Positions 35,629-44,218 of a stretch of 55,609 nt of DNA are shown here, piece by piece. The stretch lies in the NCBI GenBank assembly GCA_031402135.1, contig JANNSC010000095.1:1-55609 (forward strand). Reading direction: 5' to 3'. A model generated the notes under the pieces. It did no database searches and was not told the origin of the DNA. It saw only the letters and a program-made list of their open reading frames with translations. Position numbers and translations under genes: made by a program. The DNA is from Gemmatimonadales bacterium. Lineage in GTDB: Bacteria; Gemmatimonadota; Gemmatimonadetes; Gemmatimonadales; GWC2-71-9. Each line of letters starts with the position of its first letter. The stretch's first letter is position 1.

Positions 35629-36419
35629 CGGAGTTCCTCCAGCCAGCGCCGCGCGGTGGCGGTCGCGCGGTCGGCCAGGAGGGCCAGCCGTCCGGCGGGC
35701 ACCTCAGAGGGGCGGGTTATGAGCAACACCGCGTCCACCGTGGGGAGACGAATCTCGAAATGGGCCGGGCCACCCTCCAGGGCAATCCGCCGCCAGGCGC
35801 CCAGCCCGAGGAGCCGGGCCACGCGGTCGGCCTCCCGGGTGATGCCCCCGAGGGCTGCCGCCACTGCCTCAGCGGCGTCCCGGCCATCGGCGGCCCGAAC
35901 GCCGCCTGCCAGTATCCGTCCCTGCCGGTCCACCAGCACCGCCCGCCCGGCCTCCGGGTCGAGGACGGCGAGGGGATCGGGCGCGGGCTCAGCATAACCC
36001 GGTATCGGCCGTGCCCCGGCCCGCTCCCGGGCCCGGGCGAGCGCCGCCGCGAGTGGGGCGTCCTCCGGCGACAGTTCCGCGGCCCTCTGCATGTAACGCA
36101 GACTGCGGGCGTGGTCGCCGGCCCGGTAGGAGAGGAACGCCAGCCCCTTGTGGGCGCCAACGTGCTCCGGCGCCAGCCGGAGGACGGTGGTCCAGGCATC
36201 GAAGGCGAGGTCTCCCTCCCCTCGATCGCTCTGGATCCGGGCGACCAAATCCCAGGCGCCGGCCATTTCCGGATAGCGGCCCGCCCCCTGCGCAGCCACG
36301 GTGAGCGCTGACTCGAATTGGCCCCGCCGGCGCAGCAACTCGGCCAGCGGGAGGAAGACCAGGCTCGAGGGGTCGCGGGCGAGCTGCGCGGTCAGGGCCG
36401 GGATGTCGTCGCTGGTCAC
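35625..36419 (-). CDS. TPR - Roadblock/LC7-like fusion protein
   Basis: GTG start (36417..36419) in a GTGA overlap with the upstream stop. The N-half is TPR-like (AGAWDLVARIQSDRGEGDLAFDAWTTVLRLAPEHVGAHKGLAFLSYRAGDHARSLRYMQRAAELSPED). The C-half (GRAVLVDRQGRILAGG...EAVAAALGGITREADRVARLLGLG...VLLITRPSEVPAGRLAL) follows the Roadblock pattern. Confidence 0.65.
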   Translation of the reverse strand: MTSDDIPALTAQLARDPSSLVFLPLAELLRRRGQFESALTVAAQGAGRYPEMAGAWDLVARIQSDRGEGDLAFDAWTTVLRLAPEHVGAHKGLAFLSYRAGDHARSLRYMQRAAELSPEDAPLAAALARARERAGARPIPGYAEPAPDPLAVLDPEAGRAVLVDRQGRILAGGVRAADGRDAAEAVAAALGGITREADRVARLLGLGAWRRIALEGGPAHFEIRLPTVDAVLLITRPSEVPAGRLALLADRATATARRWLEELR

Positions 36420-37564
36420 GACACCTTCCGAAGTTGCTCGACCAGGTGCCGCGCGGCGGGCACCACGCCCGACACCTCCCGAAGATGCGCTGCTTCCTCG
36501 GGATTCTTGTCGGGAAGAGCCAGCCACGCCTCGAAGCCATGCACCGCTTCTTCGAGTCGCCCGGCCCCGAGAAGCGCCCACGCCAGGAGCCGCCGGGGAC
36601 GGCAGCCACCCGGATCCAGCCGCACCGCTTCTCGAAGCGCACTTTGGGCCTCAGCGTAACGGCGCTCGATCAGCAGGATCGAACCGATCAGCAGATGGGT
36701 CCGCGAGTCGCCGGGAAAGGCATCGAGCGCCGCCTGCGCGGCGGCCCGCGCCGCATCGGCGTTCCCGGCGCGAAGCTGGTCTTCGCCCTGACGGAGCAAG
36801 GCCTCGGCATCCCGGCGAGGCGCGGCGTGGGCCGATTCGAGCGCCGGATCCCGGAGGACCACCACACCGGCAGTGGTCAGCCCGAAGAGAGCGCGGGCCA
36901 CATCGAACTCGGGTTCTCCCAGCGAAACTGCCATGGTATGCAGGTCGCGATCGCCGTCAGCTGCAGCGAGCACCCGCCACTCGAAGGGGGTCAGGGTGAG
37001 TGAACCGGAGTCGGTGGTGACCGGCGGCGCCAACCGGGGAACCACGCCGGTATGGGCTACCCGGCTCTGGATCCGGGACCACTCATCGATGCGACGGGCT
37101 CCCTCGAGCAGGAGGTGTTCCACCGAAATCCGGAGATCGGTCTCCTGGGGGATTTCCTCGACTGGACACTCCTCGAATACAAAATACCCCTCGGACCATC
37201 CTAGCATGGTGAAAACGACGTCCTCGATGTGGGCGCGCACCTGAATCTTGAGCTCCCGCTCGCTAAGGGCTCCGGTCGCCACCAGAATTTCCCCGATCCG
37301 TCGAGCGTCCCCGTGTTCCTGCAGGGCCCGGGCCTGGGCCAGGTCTTCCTCGCGAATCTTTCCGGCCCGCAGCAGCGCGGTTCCCAGCGGATGCGGATTC
37401 GAATGAATCGAGGCCGCCACCACTGCGGCCGCGTCGAACCAGATGGTGCCTTCATTCTGGCGAAGGGCTGAGGAAATGTTGAGCGCCCCGGTCTTGCGGC
37501 CCAGGTCGAGCAGCTGAAAGACGTCGTGGATGCCGAGCTCGCGGAGAGGCCCCTGGATGGCCAT
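36416..37564 (-). CDS. PATAN (DUF4388) domain protein with C-terminal TPR-like region
   Basis: MAIQGPLRELGIHDVFQLLDLGRKTGALNI...GTIWFDAAAVV is the DUF4388 signature. It shares the LLLEGARRIDEWS block with 30662..32278. Confidence 0.8.
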   Translation of the reverse strand: MAIQGPLRELGIHDVFQLLDLGRKTGALNISSALRQNEGTIWFDAAAVVAASIHSNPHPLGTALLRAGKIREEDLAQARALQEHGDARRIGEILVATGALSERELKIQVRAHIEDVVFTMLGWSEGYFVFEECPVEEIPQETDLRISVEHLLLEGARRIDEWSRIQSRVAHTGVVPRLAPPVTTDSGSLTLTPFEWRVLAAADGDRDLHTMAVSLGEPEFDVARALFGLTTAGVVVLRDPALESAHAAPRRDAEALLRQGEDQLRAGNADAARAAAQAALDAFPGDSRTHLLIGSILLIERRYAEAQSALREAVRLDPGGCRPRRLLAWALLGAGRLEEAVHGFEAWLALPDKNPEEAAHLREVSGVVPAARHLVEQLRKVS

Positions 37565-37565
37565 T

Positions 37566-40232
37566 TCAGGCCGGGCTCGATTGGAGGATATGAGCCAGTT
37601 CGCGCGCCGAGCGGGCCTGGGCCCGGGCCGGCTCCGCGAACGGGCCGGTGGGGTCGAGCGCCGTCACCCGTTCCCAGTCAACCACCGCGGCGCGGTAGCG
37701 ACGCAGCCTCGCTTCGGCGAGGCCGCGGTGATAGAGCGCCAGCACATGGTCGGGGTGGAACCGAACCACCCGGTCGAACGCGGCGATTGCCTCTTCGGTG
37801 CGCCCATCGTCGGCGAGGCTGCGGCCAAGCAGCACCAGGGCCTCCAAGGCGTAGGGCTGGGCAAGCAGCAGATCCACCATGAGCCGGATGGCTTCCCCGG
37901 TGAGCCCGCTTCGCCGCAGCAGGTCGCCGAGGGCGAGCCCGGCATCGAGAAAGGTCGGGAGCAGTTCGAGGGCCCGCTGGTACGCAATGCGAGCGGCGCC
38001 GCTGCGCTGCAGTTCCTCCTCCACGACACCGCGTTCGTACCACGCCTGCACCAGGGTGCCGTCGAGCTCCAGGGCGCCGGTGAGGGCGTCGAGCGCGCCG
38101 AGGCCGTCACCCTGCTTCCGGAGAATGCTGCCGCGGAGCAGCAGCAGATCGGCGCGCCCGGGCGCCTGCGTAGCTGCGGCGGTGACGTCGAGGGCGGCCC
38201 CTTCGAGATCACCGATGAGCTGGCGAGCGTGGGCGCGAACCAGCAACACCTCGGGTCGATCGGGCCCCTGCCCCACCAGCTGGTCGGCCACTGCAATGGC
38301 CTCCGCACCGCGACCCAATGCCACCAGGGACTGAGCTTCCCCGAGCAGAATGTCGGAATCGTTGGGTGCCAGAGCTCGCGCCTCCCTGAAGCGCTCCAGC
38401 GCCTCCCCGAAAAGGCCCCGGCGGGCAAAGACCTCACCGAGGAGGGCGGCTCCGGTGGCCCGGGGCGCGCCGCGACGAATTGCCCGGTGGACTTCGGCCG
38501 CCGCGGTATCGAGCAAGCCCTTGCCGAGCAGATCCCGGACCAGCGCGTAGAGGTCGTCCTCCGGATCCGGAGCCGGCGCGGTTTCCCGGGGAGCAAGCTG
38601 CCCGAAGAGCTGGTCGAGCACTCCGGGGTCAAAGTCGAAGCCCTCATCGGTCGGGAAGGTTCCGGAGGCAGCCCAGACTGCGGGAGGCATCGGGAGCAGA
38701 GATTCCTCGAACTGCAGTTGGACCGCAAGCGCATAGCTCTGCGGCACGTAGAAGGGATCCAACTCGAGGGCCCGCCGGGTTTCCCGCAGGGCATCGTCGA
38801 AGGCGCCCAGCTGGCTCAGCGCGAATCCGAGGTTGTATCGGGCTGGAGCAAAATTGGGGTCATTCTCGACCGAGCGGGCAAATGCGTTGCGGGCATCCTG
38901 GTGCCGGCGCAGTTCCATCAGGACCAGACCGACTCCATTCCAGGCCACCGGCTCTCCGGGCCGGTCCGCCAAGGCGGCGCGGTACGCTTCGAGGGCGTGT
39001 TGGAGGTCGTGGCGCTGGAGGAAGAGATGTCCGAGGTTGAGGCGGGCGCCGGCAAAATCCGGTCGGGCCCGGAGCGCCACCTGGAACGCTTCGACCGCGG
39101 GCCCGGTGTCGGAGTCGCTAGTACCGGCCACGCCGAGATTATTCCAGGCGTGGGCCGAGGAGGGATCGGCGTCCACCGCCCGTCGATAGGAGCCCCGGGC
39201 TTCCTCCCGGCGGCCCGCTTGATGGAGGCAGACGCCTCGCTCGTTCCAGAGTTCGGCATTGCCCGGCTGGCGCTCGAGTAAGCGATCGTAAAGCTCGATG
39301 GCCGCGCCGAAATCTTTCCGGAGCAGGTGGGTTTCGGCCATCGCTTCGAGCGCAGTGGCCTCGTCCTCACCGGATTCGAGCGCGAGGCGGCACTCCCGCA
39401 GCGCTTCGGTGAGGTAGCCGCGCTTTCGAAATGCGACGGACAGACTGAGATGCGGCTGCAACACTCCGCCATCGCTTCCACCGGTGGGGCGGCGGGGCGC
39501 CTTGCCGCGCTTGCCACCGATGAGCAGGTTGGGCTGGGCGGTGGCCAGCGCCGGGTTCAACGCGATGGCCCGGCGGGTCGAGGCGCGGGCTGCCTCGTGG
39601 TAGCCAAGATCTCCGTAGAGGAATCCCAGGAGGTAGTGCACCTCGGCGTGATCGGGATTGAGCGCCGTGGCCTCGGTGAGAATGGTCAGTGCCTTGTCGT
39701 TGAGGCCCCGGTTGTACAGCGCTCGCCCAAGGTAGAGCCGGGCCACCGAGCTTTTCGGGTCGGCGTCGCAGGCGCGCTGGTACCACTCGGTGGCGCGCTC
39801 CGGGCGGCCCCGGGCCTGCTCGACCAGCCCGAGTTGCACCAAGGCGGTTGGATCGACCGGATTGATCCGGAGCAATTCCTCGTGCTGTTGAATGGCCTGA
39901 TCGTGCTGGCCCAAGGCGAGATAGGCGCGGGCGAGTTCGAGTCGGGCGTTTCGGGCACCGGGATCCCGGGTAAGACGCTCGCGCAGGTCCCCGATCAGGG
40001 TGTCGAAATAGCCCGACTCCCGCTGCACAGTTTCCAGATTGTCCTGAGCGACCCGCATGTCAGGGTCGAGCTCGAGCGCGTAGCCCAAGGCGGCAATCGC
40101 CTCGGGGATCAGCCCGCGTTCGTAGTAAAAAACACCGAGGTTGTTCTGGGCACCCGGGTCCGAGGGGTCAATCCGCCGGGCGAGCGACCGGAGAGCGTCG
40201 GCGTCCCGGCCGGACGGAGCGGCCGCCGGCAT
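37566..40232 (-). CDS. large TPR repeat protein (888 aa)
   Basis: About 20 recognisable 34-residue TPR units run through the whole length, e.g. AQNNLGVFYYERGLIPEAIAALGYALELDPD and AEVHYLLGFLYGDLGYHEAARASTRRAIALNP. Confidence 0.85.
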   Translation of the reverse strand: MPAAAPSGRDADALRSLARRIDPSDPGAQNNLGVFYYERGLIPEAIAALGYALELDPDMRVAQDNLETVQRESGYFDTLIGDLRERLTRDPGARNARLELARAYLALGQHDQAIQQHEELLRINPVDPTALVQLGLVEQARGRPERATEWYQRACDADPKSSVARLYLGRALYNRGLNDKALTILTEATALNPDHAEVHYLLGFLYGDLGYHEAARASTRRAIALNPALATAQPNLLIGGKRGKAPRRPTGGSDGGVLQPHLSLSVAFRKRGYLTEALRECRLALESGEDEATALEAMAETHLLRKDFGAAIELYDRLLERQPGNAELWNERGVCLHQAGRREEARGSYRRAVDADPSSAHAWNNLGVAGTSDSDTGPAVEAFQVALRARPDFAGARLNLGHLFLQRHDLQHALEAYRAALADRPGEPVAWNGVGLVLMELRRHQDARNAFARSVENDPNFAPARYNLGFALSQLGAFDDALRETRRALELDPFYVPQSYALAVQLQFEESLLPMPPAVWAASGTFPTDEGFDFDPGVLDQLFGQLAPRETAPAPDPEDDLYALVRDLLGKGLLDTAAAEVHRAIRRGAPRATGAALLGEVFARRGLFGEALERFREARALAPNDSDILLGEAQSLVALGRGAEAIAVADQLVGQGPDRPEVLLVRAHARQLIGDLEGAALDVTAAATQAPGRADLLLLRGSILRKQGDGLGALDALTGALELDGTLVQAWYERGVVEEELQRSGAARIAYQRALELLPTFLDAGLALGDLLRRSGLTGEAIRLMVDLLLAQPYALEALVLLGRSLADDGRTEEAIAAFDRVVRFHPDHVLALYHRGLAEARLRRYRAAVVDWERVTALDPTGPFAEPARAQARSARELAHILQSSPA

Positions 40233-40236
40233 CGTG

Positions 40237-40872
40237 TCAGTTGGCGACCCGGATCGCGTCGAAAATGGCTTGCAGCGAGGGAGGGTCCGGCATCAGCAGG
40301 AACTGCCCGGTAAGGGCCTGGTCGGATCCTTCGATCCGGAAAGTCGTTTCGACGCAGAACAGGGCGTCGCGATCGTGGCCGAAGTTGAGGTAGGCGGTGG
40401 TGAGGACGGCGCCGGCCAAGTCGACGACCAGCGCGGGCACCGAGGGGACCAGCATCATCCCCAGAAAATCGGAGAGCGCCGTCATGTAGGCGGAGCAGAG
40501 AATATTCGCGGTTTCCTTGATGGTGGACTGCTGCATGGCATCGAACGTGGTGCCGGGACCATTGGGGCGCCGGAGCAGAAGCTCACACAGCGCAAACGCG
40601 GAATCCTGGCCCAGGACAACCAACGTCCGCCCGGTCAGATCTCCCATAACGTGCATGAGTACACCGGCAATCACCGTATCCGGTGGCCCGACCAACAGCG
40701 CGACCTCCTCGAGGCGGCGAATGCTGACTTCGGGGACACTGATCATGATCTTGCGGCTGGTCATTTGGGAGAGCGCGGTGGCTGCGTGGCCGGCCCCGAT
40801 GTTGGCCACCTCGCGCAGCGCATCCCGCTCCAGGTCGGTCAAGGATCTCAGGTCAGCCATCACATCCTCCAC
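40237..40872 (-). CDS. cheC: CheY-P phosphatase CheC
   Basis: Two CheC active-site repeats: LREVANIGAGHAATALS and IKETANILCSAYMTALS (E-x2-N). About 210 aa. An alternative start is 12 nt downstream. Confidence 0.85.
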   Translation of the reverse strand: MEDVMADLRSLTDLERDALREVANIGAGHAATALSQMTSRKIMISVPEVSIRRLEEVALLVGPPDTVIAGVLMHVMGDLTGRTLVVLGQDSAFALCELLLRRPNGPGTTFDAMQQSTIKETANILCSAYMTALSDFLGMMLVPSVPALVVDLAGAVLTTAYLNFGHDRDALFCVETTFRIEGSDQALTGQFLLMPDPPSLQAIFDAIRVAN

Positions 40873-42450
40873 CTAGAAGAGAGCGGCCGGGTCGATGATC
40901 AGCGCCGGCGCGCCGTCGGGCAGAATCGTGGCTCCGCTCACCCAGGTGGGGAGTCCCGCCGGCGCCATGAACCGCCGAACCACTACGTCCTGCTGCCCCA
41001 GCAGCACATCCACCACGAGGGCGGCGCGGCGCCCCCCGATATCCACCACCACGACTGGCCGCCGGGAAGCATTGGCCTCGGCCAGGCCAAGGATCTTCCG
41101 GAGATCGGCGGTGGGCAACGATTCCTCCCGTAAAATAACCTCGCCGTCGCCTGCTTTATGCACCGCAGCCTCGGCCAGAAGCCCGAAGGGGAGCGCGTAG
41201 CGTTCTCCGCCCACCCCGACCAGCAGTGCCCGGAGGATCGCTCGGGTCACCGGAAGGTGCATCAGGAAGGTGGTGCCCCTCCCCGGAACGGTTTTGAGCT
41301 CCATCCGGCCGCCGAGGGAGCGCACCCGCGCCAACACCGCATCGATGCCAACCCCGCGTCCCGAGACCGCAGTGACTTCACGCTTGGTGGTCAGGCCGGG
41401 GTGCGCCAGCAGCCGGAGCAGCCCGGTGGCATCGGGCATCCCTGCCTCGGGGTCAAGAAGACCGCGCTCCACGGCGCGGAGTCGCACCGCCGCACGATCG
41501 ATCCCGCGGCCGTCGTCGGCAACCGTGACGGTCACCTCATCGCGGACTCGCTCGGCCCGAAGCCGGAGGGTGCCGTGGCGGGGCTTCCCGACCGCGATCC
41601 GCTCCGACGGCGATTCCATCCCGTGGTCGGCGGCGTTTCGAAGCAGGTGGGTGAGTGGCTCGGTGAGTGCATCGAGCACCGAGCGATCGAGTTCGATATC
41701 GATGCCCTGCAACTCGAGCTCCAGCTCCTTGCCGAGCTCCCGGCCGAGGTCGCGCACCATGCGAGGAAATCGGTCAAAGACCTCGTCCACCGGCGCCATG
41801 CGGGCCCGGAGCACCCCGCTCTGGAGGCCGGAGACCAGCGCCGAAATCCTGCCACTGACCTGCTCCAGGTCAGATCCGATTTCCCGATCGGCAATCCCGG
41901 AGAGCCGGTTGCGCGACACCACCAGCTCACTCACTGCGGTGACCAGCGCATCGAGCCGCTCGAGGTCGACCCGGACCTGCCGGGCGGGGAGCTTGGTCAT
42001 GACCGGCTGGGCGCCGGTGAGCCGCGGCTGAATCCGACGCTCCACCACCGGCATTTCCCCAGTGCGGGAATCGACCACCGGGACCAAACCGTAGAGCGCG
42101 TCGATCAGGAGGGGATCGACCTCGGGTGGTTCGCCCCGACCGACTGCCTCGACCGCCTCGGCAAGGCCATCTACCGCGTGGAAAAGGGCCTCGAGCGCAT
42201 CGCGGGAGACGGCCAGGGTCCCCTGACGCACCGCCGCAAGCACCTGTTCGGCGGCGTGGGAAAGGTCCGACAGCGGCTCGAGAGAGAGCGCTGCCGAAGA
42301 ACCCTTGATGGAGTGGAAGGCACGAAAAAGCTCGGCCACCGGAGTGGACGAGCTCGGATCACGCTCCCAGGCGAGGAGCAGCTCGTTGCAGCGCTGAAGG
42401 TGGTCGCGGCTGTCGGAGAGAAAGAGGGCGGTATATCGGGCCAGATCCAC
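40873..42450 (-). CDS. cheA: chemotaxis histidine kinase CheA (P1-P3-P4-P5, no obvious P2)
   Basis: Hpt FHSIKGSSAAL, dimerisation VRVDLERLDALV, N-box LTHLLRNAADHG, G1 DDGRGID, G2 GRGVGID, and a C-terminal CheW-like domain. Confidence 0.92.
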   Translation of the reverse strand: MDLARYTALFLSDSRDHLQRCNELLLAWERDPSSSTPVAELFRAFHSIKGSSAALSLEPLSDLSHAAEQVLAAVRQGTLAVSRDALEALFHAVDGLAEAVEAVGRGEPPEVDPLLIDALYGLVPVVDSRTGEMPVVERRIQPRLTGAQPVMTKLPARQVRVDLERLDALVTAVSELVVSRNRLSGIADREIGSDLEQVSGRISALVSGLQSGVLRARMAPVDEVFDRFPRMVRDLGRELGKELELELQGIDIELDRSVLDALTEPLTHLLRNAADHGMESPSERIAVGKPRHGTLRLRAERVRDEVTVTVADDGRGIDRAAVRLRAVERGLLDPEAGMPDATGLLRLLAHPGLTTKREVTAVSGRGVGIDAVLARVRSLGGRMELKTVPGRGTTFLMHLPVTRAILRALLVGVGGERYALPFGLLAEAAVHKAGDGEVILREESLPTADLRKILGLAEANASRRPVVVVDIGGRRAALVVDVLLGQQDVVVRRFMAPAGLPTWVSGATILPDGAPALIIDPAALF

Positions 42451-42456
42451 CGGGGC

Positions 42457-42819
42457 TCACCCGAGCAGCCGTTGCACCGCTTCGAGCACGCGGGAGGGCT
42501 GAAACGGCTTGACCACGAAGTCCTTGGCACCGGCTTGAATTGCTTCCACCACCAGGGCCTGCTGCCCCATGGCGCTGCACATCAAGATCTTGGCCTGGGG
42601 GTTGTCCTTGCAGATTTCGCGTACCGCCTCGATGCCGCCCATCTCAGGCATGACGATGTCCATGGTGACCAGATCGGGCTTGAGCTGGCGATATTTTTCC
42701 ACCGCCTGGGCGCCGGATTCAGCTTCACCGACGACTTCGTACCCGGCTTGGGTGAGAATATCGGTGATCATGGTTCGCATGAAGATCGCGTCGTCGCAGA
42801 CGAGCACCGTATGAGCCAC
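42457..42819 (-). CDS. cheY: response regulator CheY (single receiver domain)
   Basis: 120 aa. VLVCDDAIFMR, phospho-acceptor LVTMDIVMPEMGG, KDFVVKPF. Confidence 0.92.
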   Translation of the reverse strand: MAHTVLVCDDAIFMRTMITDILTQAGYEVVGEAESGAQAVEKYRQLKPDLVTMDIVMPEMGGIEAVREICKDNPQAKILMCSAMGQQALVVEAIQAGAKDFVVKPFQPSRVLEAVQRLLG

Positions 42820-42834
42820 GGGGTCCTCCCTCGG

Positions 42835-43212
42835 TTACAGCTTGGTGACTTCGGGCCGGAGCAGCGGGCGAACCAACGCTTCAACGTCAAGGGTTGGCAG
42901 CCGGCCTGCTGTGCCCACGGCGTGCACATCCTCCACCTCATCCACTTCCAGACCGACCGTTCCGTCACACATTGAGAGCACCAGGAGCCAGTCGGTGGAC
43001 CCGGCATTGCGAATTCCGAAGAGCGCCGGTCCACTCACTACAGTGACCAAGGTCCCCCGCACATTGGCAATACCCCGGACCGCCTCGGGGGCGCCCGGCA
43101 ACCGGGCCAGCGCCGGGGTGGCGACCACTTCCCGGATGGCAGCAATTGGTAGCGCAAATCGTTCGCCAGCCACCCGGCAAACCACAACGCGGGTGGTGCC
43201 CGGGCCCGTCAC
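42835..43212 (-). CDS. cheW: chemotaxis coupling protein CheW
   Basis: GTG start (43210..43212), 4 nt after the rluD stop. RVVVCRVAGERFALPIAAIREVV...VRGIANVRGTLVTVV is the CheW-like domain. The longer track ORF overlaps rluD and is rejected. Confidence 0.85.
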   Translation of the reverse strand: MTGPGTTRVVVCRVAGERFALPIAAIREVVATPALARLPGAPEAVRGIANVRGTLVTVVSGPALFGIRNAGSTDWLLVLSMCDGTVGLEVDEVEDVHAVGTAGRLPTLDVEALVRPLLRPEVTKL

Positions 43213-43216
43213 TTGG

Positions 43217-44218
43217 TCAGTACCTGAAGAAATCAAAATAGGTAAGCCCCGGAATGGGAGCAACTTGCCCAGCTTCGCCTCGGGCCGATTCGAGTGCCGC
43301 GTCGAGGTCGGCCGGCCACTCGGCGTGGAACGCCATCCGGGCCCCGGTGGCCGGGTGCTTGAACAAAAGCTCGGCAGCATGCAAGGCTTGGCGTGGCGTG
43401 ACGCGTTCCAGCCGCGCGGCATCCTGGCGGCCCGGCCCGGTCATCCGTCGGGCGCCGCCGCCGCCATAGACCGGATCCCCAATTACGGGATGCCCGATGT
43501 GGGCGAGATGCACCCGGATCTGGTGAGTGCGGCCGGAGTGCAGTTCGGCCCGGAGGAGATCGCAGACCCCAAACCGGGCCAGCACAAAAAGGTCGGTGCG
43601 GGCGTCGCGACCATCGGGTCGGACCACCATCCGCTTCCGGTCGGTACCGCTCCGTCCCATGGGAGCGTCCACCGTCACCGTGGGGGTGTCGAGGTGCCCC
43701 CAGGCAAGGACAGCGTAGGCGCGCTTGATCTGCCGGGCGGCGAGGGCAGCGCCGAGCTTCCGGTGGGCAAGATCGGTCTTGGCGATGACCATGAGTCCGC
43801 TGGTATCGCGGTCCAGGCGATGCACAATGCCGGGTCGGCCCTCGGCGCCACCGGCAAGCGTCGTTCCCCGGGCCACCAGGGCGTTCACCAGCGTGTCATC
43901 CCAGTGGCCGGGGGCGGGATGCACCACCATGCCGGCGGGCTTGTTGAGCACCGCGAGATGCTCGTCCTCGAAGACGATGTCGAGCGGGGTATCGAGCGGA
44001 GCCAGGGTCCGGGCCGGCTCGTCCTCCGGAAATTGGACCTCGATCAATTCGCGATATTCGGGGATCCGGGAAGCTCGCACGACCTTGCCGTTGACTCGGA
44101 CCCCGCCGGCCGCAACCACCCGAGCTGCCTGGGTGCGCGAAAGATTCAATTGATCGGCGAGGAAGCGGTCAATGCGTTCGGCCGAGGCCGCGGCGACGGA
44201 AAAGGCAATGGCGCTCAG
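43217..44218 (-). CDS. rluD: 23S rRNA pseudouridine synthase RluD (RluA family, S4 domain), probable non-canonical CTG start
   Basis: Catalytic HRLDRDTSGLMV motif. The S4-domain motif ERIDRFLADQL lies upstream of the first canonical start (TTG 44149), in an open frame that has no ATG/GTG/TTG. The CTG at 44216..44218 overlaps the lspA stop (CTGA). Confidence 0.85.
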   Translation of the reverse strand: MSAIAFSVAAASAERIDRFLADQLNLSRTQAARVVAAGGVRVNGKVVRASRIPEYRELIEVQFPEDEPARTLAPLDTPLDIVFEDEHLAVLNKPAGMVVHPAPGHWDDTLVNALVARGTTLAGGAEGRPGIVHRLDRDTSGLMVIAKTDLAHRKLGAALAARQIKRAYAVLAWGHLDTPTVTVDAPMGRSGTDRKRMVVRPDGRDARTDLFVLARFGVCDLLRAELHSGRTHQIRVHLAHIGHPVIGDPVYGGGGARRMTGPGRQDAARLERVTPRQALHAAELLFKHPATGARMAFHAEWPADLDAALESARGEAGQVAPIPGLTYFDFFRY

